Assembly (NCBI RefSeq): GCF_000981445.1
Contig: NC_027216.1
Coordinates: forward strand, 1,364,001-1,428,000
Reading direction: 5' to 3'
DNA from: Babesia bigemina
Lineage: Eukaryota
DNA: 64,000 nt
Part shown: positions 55,412 through 64,000 of the stretch, piece after piece
Numbering within the stretch: the stretch's first letter is position 1
Layout: each line of letters starts with the position of its first letter
Notes under the pieces: model-generated
Seen by the model: the letters and a program-made list of their open reading frames with translations, nothing else
What the model was told of the DNA's origin: nothing
Databases searched by the model: none
Translations under genes and position numbers: made by a program

Positions 55412-58400
55412 TTACTGCACTTCCTTTTCCAGTTCCTCAATCGGTAACAAGGTGAATTTGGAGACAAATCTTAAACAGGCTGCCTTGAGTTTTTGACCGG
55501 TGGTCGGATCTTTGCATTGTCCCACGGCGGATTCAATCAGCGATTTGAGTTCAGGCAGGGCTTCTTCCACTTCCTTCAAGAATTCTTCCCCTTGGGCATT
55601 CTGATCCTTCAGAAACTTAAGGCGCTTCAGGCGGTCCCTCCCATCCCTTAGAGACCATTTAACAGCTGCAGCGAAGTGCTCGCGCATCAAGGGTTTGCCT
55701 GTAGTTAACATAAGCTCGACAGCGTTCTCTTTACCATCATCTTTACCGACGACGGCATCATCGTCAACGACAAGTTCTTCCAGTTTGCTATTCTTACGAT
55801 ACGGCACGGGAGGAAGACCCGTATTCATGGGAACATCCGGCAATTTGGATTTGACTAGGTGACTTCTGTGTTCATACAATGCCTTTAACAACTTTTGCGC
55901 CTTAAACTTGGCTTTGTCGTGTTTCATACCACTCAGGGCACCTACGCACAGGTTCTTGTCGTTGCAGTACAAGGTCCAATATCCATATCCGTGAATGTGG
56001 ATCAGTTTGAGAAGATTCACGCAGTCCTCCATGGCCCAAGGCTCCTTGACATCAGCAAATTGCTCCAACACCTCAGTGGGCAATTCCAGGGGTTGGTCTG
56101 ACGTAGCCCACCCAGGCCCAGCCTGTTGTCTACCCCAATCTTCGAGGCATTCTAGCAGCTTCAGCTTCTTAATGAATTCCAAAGGAGATATTTTAGCGTC
56201 ACCTAGCTCGAAAGCTTTCACAGCCTTTGACGCGCGCTTCATGGCAGCGGAAGAGGTTGCAGATAACTCCATTGCATCATCATTGCCCATCTCACTAATC
56301 TTGGTTTTGCACATGTCAATTAGGTTCTGGCACTCATTAAGAATAACGCGAGGGTCAACCTTGGTCAGTTTAGTGTCTTCATGAATATCCTTTAGTCTCA
56401 TTTCTGGGACGCCGAACTTGCTCAGCGACCGGTAGATTTTAACTTTGTCCTTGATGGTCAATACCACCTTGCGTGACCGTTTGGGACCTCGTCTTTTGGC
56501 CACACCTTTTTCGCCTTGAGAATCTGTGTTGTCCCAATTCATTTTCGAATCGCGTTTAGGTTGGAAGTCTACGTCAGCTTCATCATCCGAAAAGTCATCG
56601 TTATCCATTCCACCTAAGTCTTTGTTCCTCGTCCTTCGCGGGCCCAAAACCATCAGTTCTTCTTCCTTTTTCTTCTTCAGTTTAACTCTTTCCTCTAGTG
56701 GTATTGTAGCGTCCCAGAACTCCTTGTTATTTTCAGAGCTAATCTCAGATTGCTCTTCAGGCGGTTCATACCTAAACTCAGTGATATTAGTATAAGTGCT
56801 CAGCAGATCGGAAGCCAATCCATCGTTATCGTTAGTCACTTCCGCTTCCTCAAGCACCTTGTCGAGATCTATTTCGAGATTTTCCTCCCCCGACGCATTT
56901 TCAAGGGTATTATTCTTGTCCTTGCTCCACAACTTCGAGGCGCCAAATTTGAGAATCTTGGCAAGCTCTTCACGGGAGAAACCACACTTTGACCCACCTT
57001 CTTCTAGTACGACAGCGTTGCTCTTCTTGTTGAGCCCCTGTACAACAAGCGCATCTAACACCATCTTCGTCTTGGCGCGCTCCAGAATGGTCTGCTCGAT
57101 CGAGTCCTTAGTTACCAGTCTATATATTTGAACGGTTTTTGTTTGACCTATACGGTGTGCCCTAGCCTCCGCCTGTAAATCATTTTGCGGATTCCAGTCA
57201 CTGTCGTAAATAATGACGGTATCAGCGGTAGTCAGGTTTATACCGAGACCACCTGCTTTGGTGGACAACAGGAAACAGAAATCATCGCTGTTTGGATCAT
57301 TGAAGTGGTCCATTGCCTTTTTCCTTACTTCTCTACCCATAGTACCGTCGAGACGTTGGTGTTTGAAACCTCTTAGGGTAAGATATTCGGATATGATGTT
57401 TAACATACGCACCATCTGCGAGAAAATGAGCACCCTGTGCCCACGTTCCTTAAGGCGCATTAGAAGTTTTTCAAGCAGACATATCTTCCCACTACCGTAT
57501 ACAAGGCCTTGTGACCATGTTTGCCGATCTTCGGGCTCATAACACAGGAACGGGTGGTTGCAGACCTTTTTGAGTTCCATGCATATGTTCTGCAACGACG
57601 ACCTAGATCCTCCACTGTTTTTGGCCAACTGATCATAATTGCGCGTTAGTATGTTCCTGTACCACTCGACTTGCAATGGCGATAGTTCCACCCTCAGAAT
57701 GCGCTCCACCTTGTTTGGTAACGATTTTTCAACATCCTTCTTGACCCTCCTCAGGACCACTTCGTGAAGTTCTTGTTGTAGGGCAAGCAACTGCTTTTGT
57801 TTGTTTTCTCCTATGGCTGCCGCATTTTCTACATCGGCGTACCTCCTCCTGAATTCCTCATAATAAGGATAGATTTGGGGGTTAATGAAATGCAATAACG
57901 TCCACAACTCTTCCAGGTTGTTGTGCAGCGGGGTTCCACTTAGGAGCAACTTATAGTCAGCCATGAATTGCCTCAATTCCACAAACCTCTTGGAATTTCT
58001 ATTCTTGAGCTGATGGGCTTCATCAACAACCATGAGCTGCCACGAAATCCTTCTTAAAAACTCAAGATCCAGAGGCGCGTTAATAATGGACGGCGTAGTT
58101 ACACAGACATCGCACCTGTATCTCTCGCCCTTTCCCGGCACGTGCACCTTTGCCAATTCATAAGTGCGAATTATCTCTCGCGCTTTTGCGTTACCATAAT
58201 AGCAAACAACGTTCGCCTTAGGCAGCCAAGTTTCGAATTCTCTCATCCAGTTATCGATGGTAGATTGAGGCACTATCACCAAGTATGGCCCAATAAGACC
58301 TTCCCTATAAAGAAAGTGGCCGATCAGCGTTATCGTTTGCACGGTCTTACCGAGACCCATCTCATCTGCCAGAAGCACACTGAGACCACGTTTCATCCTG

Positions 58401-60490
58401 TTCACTATCCAATTTACACCGATGAGTTGATAGTCTCTAAGTTTGCGAGTTTCGTAGTTTGCAAGGAATGTTGGAGTTTCTTGGTAGGGCTCGAATTTGG
58501 TGAGACTGAGTGAGTGGGTATTCCACGGCATTTTCTTTGCAGATTCACCGGATATGCGATCCTCCCGTTCTTTGTACTCCTGTATTAGGTGGTTAAATTC
58601 ATGGTCTATCATGACTTGCTCTTCTTCATAGGTGCACTGGTCATACGTGCAACTCCTCCACTTGACCATATAATACGTCACGCTATTTTCCTTATCCACA
58701 TAATGCGTGACAATCCTTTCAGCCTTGAGTGCGTCCTCGTCGATTCGCCTTTGTAGTTCCATATCTATATTTTCATGCTCAATTTCATCAGGGGTCATGT
58801 ATAGCGATCTGCTTTCGCGCTGCTTGAGTTTTTTGATGTAATTGTCAAGCCTTTTGATGCCACCATAGTCTTTTAGAGCCTCATAGACATCCCACGTGTT
58901 GTGAATATGCGCGTATCCTTGCCACTTTATGAGATACTCGGTGACGCCCTCCTCGTTCACACGGTGGTCGATTACCCGGTCAATGCCTCCTTGAAGTTCC
59001 TGCTGTGTATTTTGTCGTCGCTCCCTTTCCTCGGCATCTTCTTCATCTTCAGCATCCTCTCCGTCTTCCCCGCTCCATTGTTCGTGTTCCATTTCTGCAT
59101 AATTCACGCGCCTCTTTCGATGTCTTAACGCGAGAGGACCTGAATCCGCAGCGCCAACATTTGCGTACTCTTCCGACTCTTCATCAGTGTCATCGTACGT
59201 CACGTAGTTGTTTTTGGAATACGGGTTGGCAGTTGACCTTTGCTGTGTTCTCCTGGATTGCATACCAGTCTCCCGCCTTTTCCTCGGCATTTTAGGGACC
59301 ACTTGGGTGTGTCTGACTGATGGTTCCTCCCAAGTGTCGGCATCGCTTTCCGTATATTCTGCGTAAAGGGAGTTTTTAGTCCGGGCTCGCCCACTACGCC
59401 TGATCGCTGTAGTGTCGACGTCCTTCACAGATCTACCAACGAGGAACTCGTCATCACTATTGTCGTTTCTGCCATCGGTAGTGAAATAATCGTTCACCAC
59501 ACTTTTGAAATCAGTGTCCTCCGAACCGTATCTGGGCTGTGACTTGCGTTGCTGCTTCTTCTTGGGCTGTTGTGCAAGAGCGTCCAACATTTGAGTGACG
59601 TTTTGGAAGCGACTGTTTGCCATCCTAAGAGCCGGTATTCCCTCTATGGCATTTCCGACTACGAGTCTATTTTGCTGCTGGTAGTACATCATTGGATTTA
59701 CAGGCATATTCATGCCATAGCCATACTGGGGCTGCATACCATATCTAGCGGTGTAATTGGCACCCGCAGCCTGAGCCTGCTCAGCATGATACTTTGGCTT
59801 CTCTCCGTTGGTATCTTCTGTTTTGATAGATTGCGCAGCATTCTCCGAGACACTGTTTTGAACTTTCTCTACACTTTCTTCCTTCTTAACCTCCGTCGGT
59901 ACAGCAGGCCTCTCTGTTTTTATCTCGGCGCTTTGCTGCACTCTATTCATGTAGGCATTGTATTGCGGCATGAACTTGGACATCACGGCTGCCTGGTTAT
60001 TCATCATCATTTGAGGATGCACAACTTGTCCACCAGACATCATTTGTTGGTTATACATGGCCATCGGGTAGAACCATCCTGCGCCCTGCTGCGTGTGCTG
60101 CTGCTGCATCCCTGTCTGGGGGCGCATCATACCAGGGTAGGCGACTCCGTGTCCTTGTGGCACCTGTCCTTGTTGCATCTGAGGTTGTTGTTGCTGCTGG
60201 ACGACGTGCTGCGGTCCTCCCGGCGTCATCTGCTGCGAAATCATGTTCTGTTGATGCATTTGTCCCATCATACGAGAGTACATCATTTGCTGCTGATAGT
60301 AAGCCTGCTTGGGGTCCGCTACCTGAAAGGGCTGTTGTTGACTTTGACCGACATCTGGTGGTTTGAATCCTGTTGCAGATTCTTGCTTTATTTCGGTTTT
60401 CACCACGGGTTCGTGTGCCTGCGCCTGACCATCGGCTGCAAGCGTCTTCTGCGTGTTTTCCATGTTATGGTCCATAATTGTTTGTTGCAT
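55412..60490 (-). CDS. CHD1: Chromodomain-helicase-DNA-binding protein CHD1 (SNF2 family), intronless, with a Q/M-rich N-terminus
   Basis: Double chromodomain (YLIKWQGYAHIHNTW; YMVKWRSCTYDQCTYE), LADEMGLGKT, DEAH, SDWNPQNDLQAEARAHRIGQ and HGYGYW. Confidence 0.95.
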   Translation of the reverse strand: MQQTIMDHNMENTQKTLAADGQAQAHEPVVKTEIKQESATGFKPPDVGQSQQQPFQVADPKQAYYQQQMMYSRMMGQMHQQNMISQQMTPGGPQHVVQQQQQPQMQQGQVPQGHGVAYPGMMRPQTGMQQQHTQQGAGWFYPMAMYNQQMMSGGQVVHPQMMMNNQAAVMSKFMPQYNAYMNRVQQSAEIKTERPAVPTEVKKEESVEKVQNSVSENAAQSIKTEDTNGEKPKYHAEQAQAAGANYTARYGMQPQYGYGMNMPVNPMMYYQQQNRLVVGNAIEGIPALRMANSRFQNVTQMLDALAQQPKKKQQRKSQPRYGSEDTDFKSVVNDYFTTDGRNDNSDDEFLVGRSVKDVDTTAIRRSGRARTKNSLYAEYTESDADTWEEPSVRHTQVVPKMPRKRRETGMQSRRTQQRSTANPYSKNNYVTYDDTDEESEEYANVGAADSGPLALRHRKRRVNYAEMEHEQWSGEDGEDAEDEEDAEERERRQNTQQELQGGIDRVIDHRVNEEGVTEYLIKWQGYAHIHNTWDVYEALKDYGGIKRLDNYIKKLKQRESRSLYMTPDEIEHENIDMELQRRIDEDALKAERIVTHYVDKENSVTYYMVKWRSCTYDQCTYEEEQVMIDHEFNHLIQEYKEREDRISGESAKKMPWNTHSLSLTKFEPYQETPTFLANYETRKLRDYQLIGVNWIVNRMKRGLSVLLADEMGLGKTVQTITLIGHFLYREGLIGPYLVIVPQSTIDNWMREFETWLPKANVVCYYGNAKAREIIRTYELAKVHVPGKGERYRCDVCVTTPSIINAPLDLEFLRRISWQLMVVDEAHQLKNRNSKRFVELRQFMADYKLLLSGTPLHNNLEELWTLLHFINPQIYPYYEEFRRRYADVENAAAIGENKQKQLLALQQELHEVVLRRVKKDVEKSLPNKVERILRVELSPLQVEWYRNILTRNYDQLAKNSGGSRSSLQNICMELKKVCNHPFLCYEPEDRQTWSQGLVYGSGKICLLEKLLMRLKERGHRVLIFSQMVRMLNIISEYLTLRGFKHQRLDGTMGREVRKKAMDHFNDPNSDDFCFLLSTKAGGLGINLTTADTVIIYDSDWNPQNDLQAEARAHRIGQTKTVQIYRLVTKDSIEQTILERAKTKMVLDALVVQGLNKKSNAVVLEEGGSKCGFSREELAKILKFGASKLWSKDKNNTLENASGEENLEIDLDKVLEEAEVTNDNDGLASDLLSTYTNITEFRYEPPEEQSEISSENNKEFWDATIPLEERVKLKKKKEEELMVLGPRRTRNKDLGGMDNDDFSDDEADVDFQPKRDSKMNWDNTDSQGEKGVAKRRGPKRSRKVVLTIKDKVKIYRSLSKFGVPEMRLKDIHEDTKLTKVDPRVILNECQNLIDMCKTKISEMGNDDAMELSATSSAAMKRASKAVKAFELGDAKISPLEFIKKLKLLECLEDWGRQQAGPGWATSDQPLELPTEVLEQFADVKEPWAMEDCVNLLKLIHIHGYGYWTLYCNDKNLCVGALSGMKHDKAKFKAQKLLKALYEHRSHLVKSKLPDVPMNTGLPPVPYRKNSKLEELVVDDDAVVGKDDGKENAVELMLTTGKPLMREHFAAAVKWSLRDGRDRLKRLKFLKDQNAQGEEFLKEVEEALPELKSLIESAVGQCKDPTTGQKLKAACLRFVSKFTLLPIEELEKEVQ

Positions 60491-62716
60491 ACGTACTTAG
60501 AATATCATATGGGCAGATAACGGCCTCCCGGATTGGCTGAAACTCCTAACTTGTGTTAAGCAACCACGCTCTTCGGTTGTTCTCGCAGAAACCGTTTGTG
60601 TGAGGGAATTTCTATGCGCGTTACAGACTTATTGCTGCACGGGCTTCGGAATTTTACCCGGGGCCCGCACGTGGGCCTAACGGTGTGGCGCCGCTAGGAT
60701 GCCGCGTTACGCGCTTCCCGCACAACCCCGTTTACACAGAAAGATGACGCACTACGTCGTGGCAGGCACTTACTCCCACAGCGCCATGCCGACGTTTAAT
60801 TCTGTAGTGGTTTGGTTAAAAAACGGAGCGTTGTTTACCGCAAAGTATTATTGGGTGGCTCGTAGCAGCGGTTCCTGTCTCCGAGATGTGGTGTCGTTCG
60901 TGTTCAGACCCCGGTTGCGTTTTCAGGCAATCAAAATATTCCGAACTCACACGCATATGTGAGGCGGGGCCGCGGCTGGACAATGCGTCTCTCGTCGCGA
61001 TAGGGCCGCGTCGGGATGTACGTCGGCCTTCCAAACAAACCTAAACGTGGATGTATTCCTCACACACTAATGCATGGAGCCCGTGTCCTACATTCGTCTG
61101 CCTATGAACCGTGTTGGGATAGCGGTTTAGGATGTCTTTTGACAGCTCCGAGTCATCGACTTCGGTTGGGTGTGGGATTCGTGGATCCGTATACAATTTC
61201 AATGGATTCCTTATAACAATTCGTCACGTATGCACATTGTAATGTGGCGAATGCGCTTGTATGCCTTTAGGCGTTGTAGAGATTTGCATATTTTGCTAGT
61301 GGCATCACCGAAGGTCGTACATGTCTGTGTCGTGTCTAGTAGTGCTGTACATATGATTAGACTTGGATTCTACTTGTTAGCAGCTCATCTAACTATATCA
61401 CTTACGAAGCATTCGCAGAGAAATCCTGTGAGGCAGGTTTTCATGCACTTTGTCAAGTGGGTGGTGTGCGCATGGTCGGTGCTGCGTTCGTTGTAGTGAT
61501 TTCATCAAAATTTATGTGCAAATTGCACACCTTCTACAACTAAATTTGCACCGGGTATAAATATATGTAGGTTATAATGGGTATTATTTGTACCACGGTG
61601 GTGGAGCATTGAGCTTTACACATCGTGGCGCACCGGGGACATGGTACGGCGATGTCTGAATTTGTGACTTGCGCTGACTCGCATTTCATAAATTACCACC
61701 TTCCTTATATTGTGTAAATGCTTTTTTAGTGGTCTCATCAGAATACGACGTTTGTGAGACACTTTGAACTGTATGCGCAATCATAGGCGTCGGTTTGATC
61801 CTGCATGTCGATACACGGCTGTCTAGTGGATTTCAGGTGTTTATTTACCACACAATTGATTTTTGTTGCCCTCCATAGTTGTATGCTTGCGATAGAGTGG
61901 TTGATTTCTTAGATGTGTTGATAAAGATGTGGGCAAAACTCAATGTTTTCTCACGTTCTGAGTTGCGTGCTGTGTACCGCGAACAATTGAACATTGAACC
62001 TTTGGGATATAATCCAAACAAGGTTCACTATTGTGTCTAGCACAAGTACACACAAAGCTCCACCACTTTACTTGCGGAATGCCTTTTGGCCTTTCTCAAT
62101 GGTCTACCTCTGAATGTTTCATTCGGACTTTAGGAGTATTCTGCGACTCCATATTAGCTTGGGTCCTGAAAAATATGCAAGAAAGAGATGTGCTTTTGGA
62201 AACTATTCTGCGTTCCATTTCTGCTCCAGCGTACTATAAGTGTCTACGCGTGGCTTGGACCTGTTTTCATGCTTGTAGTTAAACTAAGCCTCCCACTCCG
62301 GCTGTATTCGTTGGTATAATCGATTGAATACCACGGTGGGACTGTTTTTCTGTATCTCTGGAAAATTATGTGTCGTCGGATATGCCAGCCAACTGCTACG
62401 ATGTTCCGGCCACTATCAGCGTCCCAACTGTAATTATCGTGGAACGTTTATAACAATTAATATATGGTGTAATCTATCGAGCGCTAACTACGTAGTTTCT
62501 GTTTCTATTACTGTATTACTGGAGGAGATTTCTCCGATATCCTGACATAGCTGACAATGAAGTTTCACTGCCGTGTCTTATCACAAACAAAACGTCGTAA
62601 ATTGTTGTGATTTCAAATGTTCACAAAAGATCATTTGATTAGAAACACTTGAAATCTAGTCACATTTATACCGATGATTTGACGCAAAACCGAAAACTGT
62701 TTCCAAAGGTAGCACA

Positions 62717-64000
62717 ATGAAGCACCTGTTGGCACTATGCTCAACAATCCTGCTCTCAGGTGTTATTATTGACGCATTTCATTGCGATTTCTATGAAGAA
62801 CATGAGCTTATTAGGGGCGACTCTCTCGTTGTGTGTGAAGTGGATATTGGCCATGATAACTTCGCAACAATTATATGCCCACGTCAAGTCAACAACGCAG
62901 ATTACACCATCCATCCTCGATCAAGGCCGGATACAGGCAATCAAATTGAGACGTATGTGAGTGACAATTGGAAATTACGCTCCGTCCCTCTTTCGGATGT
63001 TATAGTTACGGAAGTGCCACACTCATTTGCATGGATGGAAACGACTCTGTCATGTGCTACTCTGTATTTGACGCTAAAGGATTACTACATATCTGCCATT
63101 ACTGAACACCGTTTTACATTCATTTGTGGGCCGAGAGATTTAGTTATGAGTGATGCATTGCAGCGCCACCTTAACAGCCTCGATGGTACCATCCAAACAC
63201 AAGAGCACCCTAATTCTGCAAGCGCTGCATTGGAGGACGAGATTAAGAAAATAGTTAACGGTTTGGGGATAGTGTTTATGTACAGAGGGCACAAGCATTT
63301 ACCGCTGCAAGGGTGTGGTACTCGCCCTTCACCACTCTTCGATCCGGATATGGAGGTAACCGTAGATCGTGTCACTGGCACGCGTTCATGTGTTGCGAAC
63401 CCGATGTCGAAATCACGTATAGGATTTCTTTGCGAAGGACGTATTGAACCCCATGATTGCATGATATCACTCATAGATGAGAATGGCGGCGTTGTGACTG
63501 CGCCTCGACCTTTCCCGTATTGGAGTTTCAATTACAACATGCCTTGGGTTGTAGGAAACTATTTTTACAAGTTTCCATTAGACCCATTTCAAGGCGAATG
63601 TAGGTGCGTAGATCCCCGCACTGGCCAGGTGAAAGCCAAGATAGAGATTCGTTCTAAAATGGATTACGTCTGCGACATCGCTAGCAAAATATTTCGCAAT
63701 CGTTTTCGACCCATTAGTGGTCCTTGGTGTTCGGTCGTACTTCATCCTGGCAGCAAGCTGACCATAAAAGTGCCTATGCAGCCCGTGATCTCGGTATATA
63801 TCGACGAGGGTGTTTCAGGTGTGCCATTTTCTCAACTGCCGTCTATCTATGAATATGAAACTGCATTCCTGCCAAAGGACTTGACCACGCTGAGGCAACT
63901 GATTTCACTGCGTGGTGCCGATATTTACGACGAAGTATTCTATTATCGTGCCCTTGCTGGGGATGCGCTCGAGTTGGATGCATCCCAAATTTCGCGGGGA
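62717..64000 (+). CDS. 6-Cys (s48/45)-family secreted/surface protein; 3' end lies outside the window
   Basis: Open frame from ATG 62717 to the window end: signal MKHLLALCSTILLSGVIIDA, CDF...VVCEVD...IICP, QGCGTRPSPLF, SCVANP...IGFLCEGRIEPHDC, GECRCVD and YVCDI. It is absent from the ORF track because it has no stop in the window. Confidence 0.8.
   Translation, partial: MKHLLALCSTILLSGVIIDAFHCDFYEEHELIRGDSLVVCEVDIGHDNFATIICPRQVNNADYTIHPRSRPDTGNQIETYVSDNWKLRSVPLSDVIVTEVPHSFAWMETTLSCATLYLTLKDYYISAITEHRFTFICGPRDLVMSDALQRHLNSLDGTIQTQEHPNSASAALEDEIKKIVNGLGIVFMYRGHKHLPLQGCGTRPSPLFDPDMEVTVDRVTGTRSCVANPMSKSRIGFLCEGRIEPHDCMISLIDENGGVVTAPRPFPYWSFNYNMPWVVGNYFYKFPLDPFQGECRCVDPRTGQVKAKIEIRSKMDYVCDIASKIFRNRFRPISGPWCSVVLHPGSKLTIKVPMQPVISVYIDEGVSGVPFSQLPSIYEYETAFLPKDLTTLRQLISLRGADIYDEVFYYRALAGDALELDASQISRG

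Noticed and set aside
59549..60520. 323-aa Leu/His-rich plus-strand ORF
   Set aside because: It is antisense to the Gln/Met-rich CHD1 N-terminus (CAG/ATG read as CTG/CAT).
60655..60700. GC-rich hairpins upstream of CHD1
   Set aside because: The stems are short and expected at this local GC content; there is no tRNA cloverleaf or other family signature.
63085..63531. 148-aa minus-strand ORF
   Set aside because: It is antisense to the plus-strand 6-Cys gene.

Overview
This is eukaryotic, gene-dense DNA with many very short (about 30-40 nt) GT-AG introns. It comes from a piroplasmid apicomplexan, almost certainly Babesia. The ves-like gene looks most like the Babesia caballi type as I recall it; that is an inference, not a database result. 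Most of the window is core housekeeping genes: Med7, reticulon, PNO1, holocytochrome c synthase, Tim10, eIF5A, RAD17, a RAD51 paralog, CK2-beta, RIO1, an RRM protein, Rab2, a Bet1-like SNARE, a helical-repeat mitochondrial protein, proteasome beta5, an RNF10-like RING protein, a KH protein, RAD23, epsilon-tubulin and CHD1. Lineage-specific parts are interspersed. These are two tandem Unkempt/TZF-type CCCH zinc-finger paralogs showing patchy gene conversion, two adjacent secreted acidic repeat proteins with DUF529/FAINT-like N-termini, two smaller secreted proteins with plasmepsin IX/X-type motifs, a chimeric ves-like gene broken by one in-frame stop, and a 6-Cys (s48/45)-family gene running off the right end. 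I found no rRNA, tRNA, CRISPR array or recognisable transposon. Several genes (Med7, the Bet1 SNARE, the 6-Cys gene, zinc-finger copy 1) are missing from or fragmented in the ORF track and were rebuilt by hand. Exon boundaries are manual and approximate.
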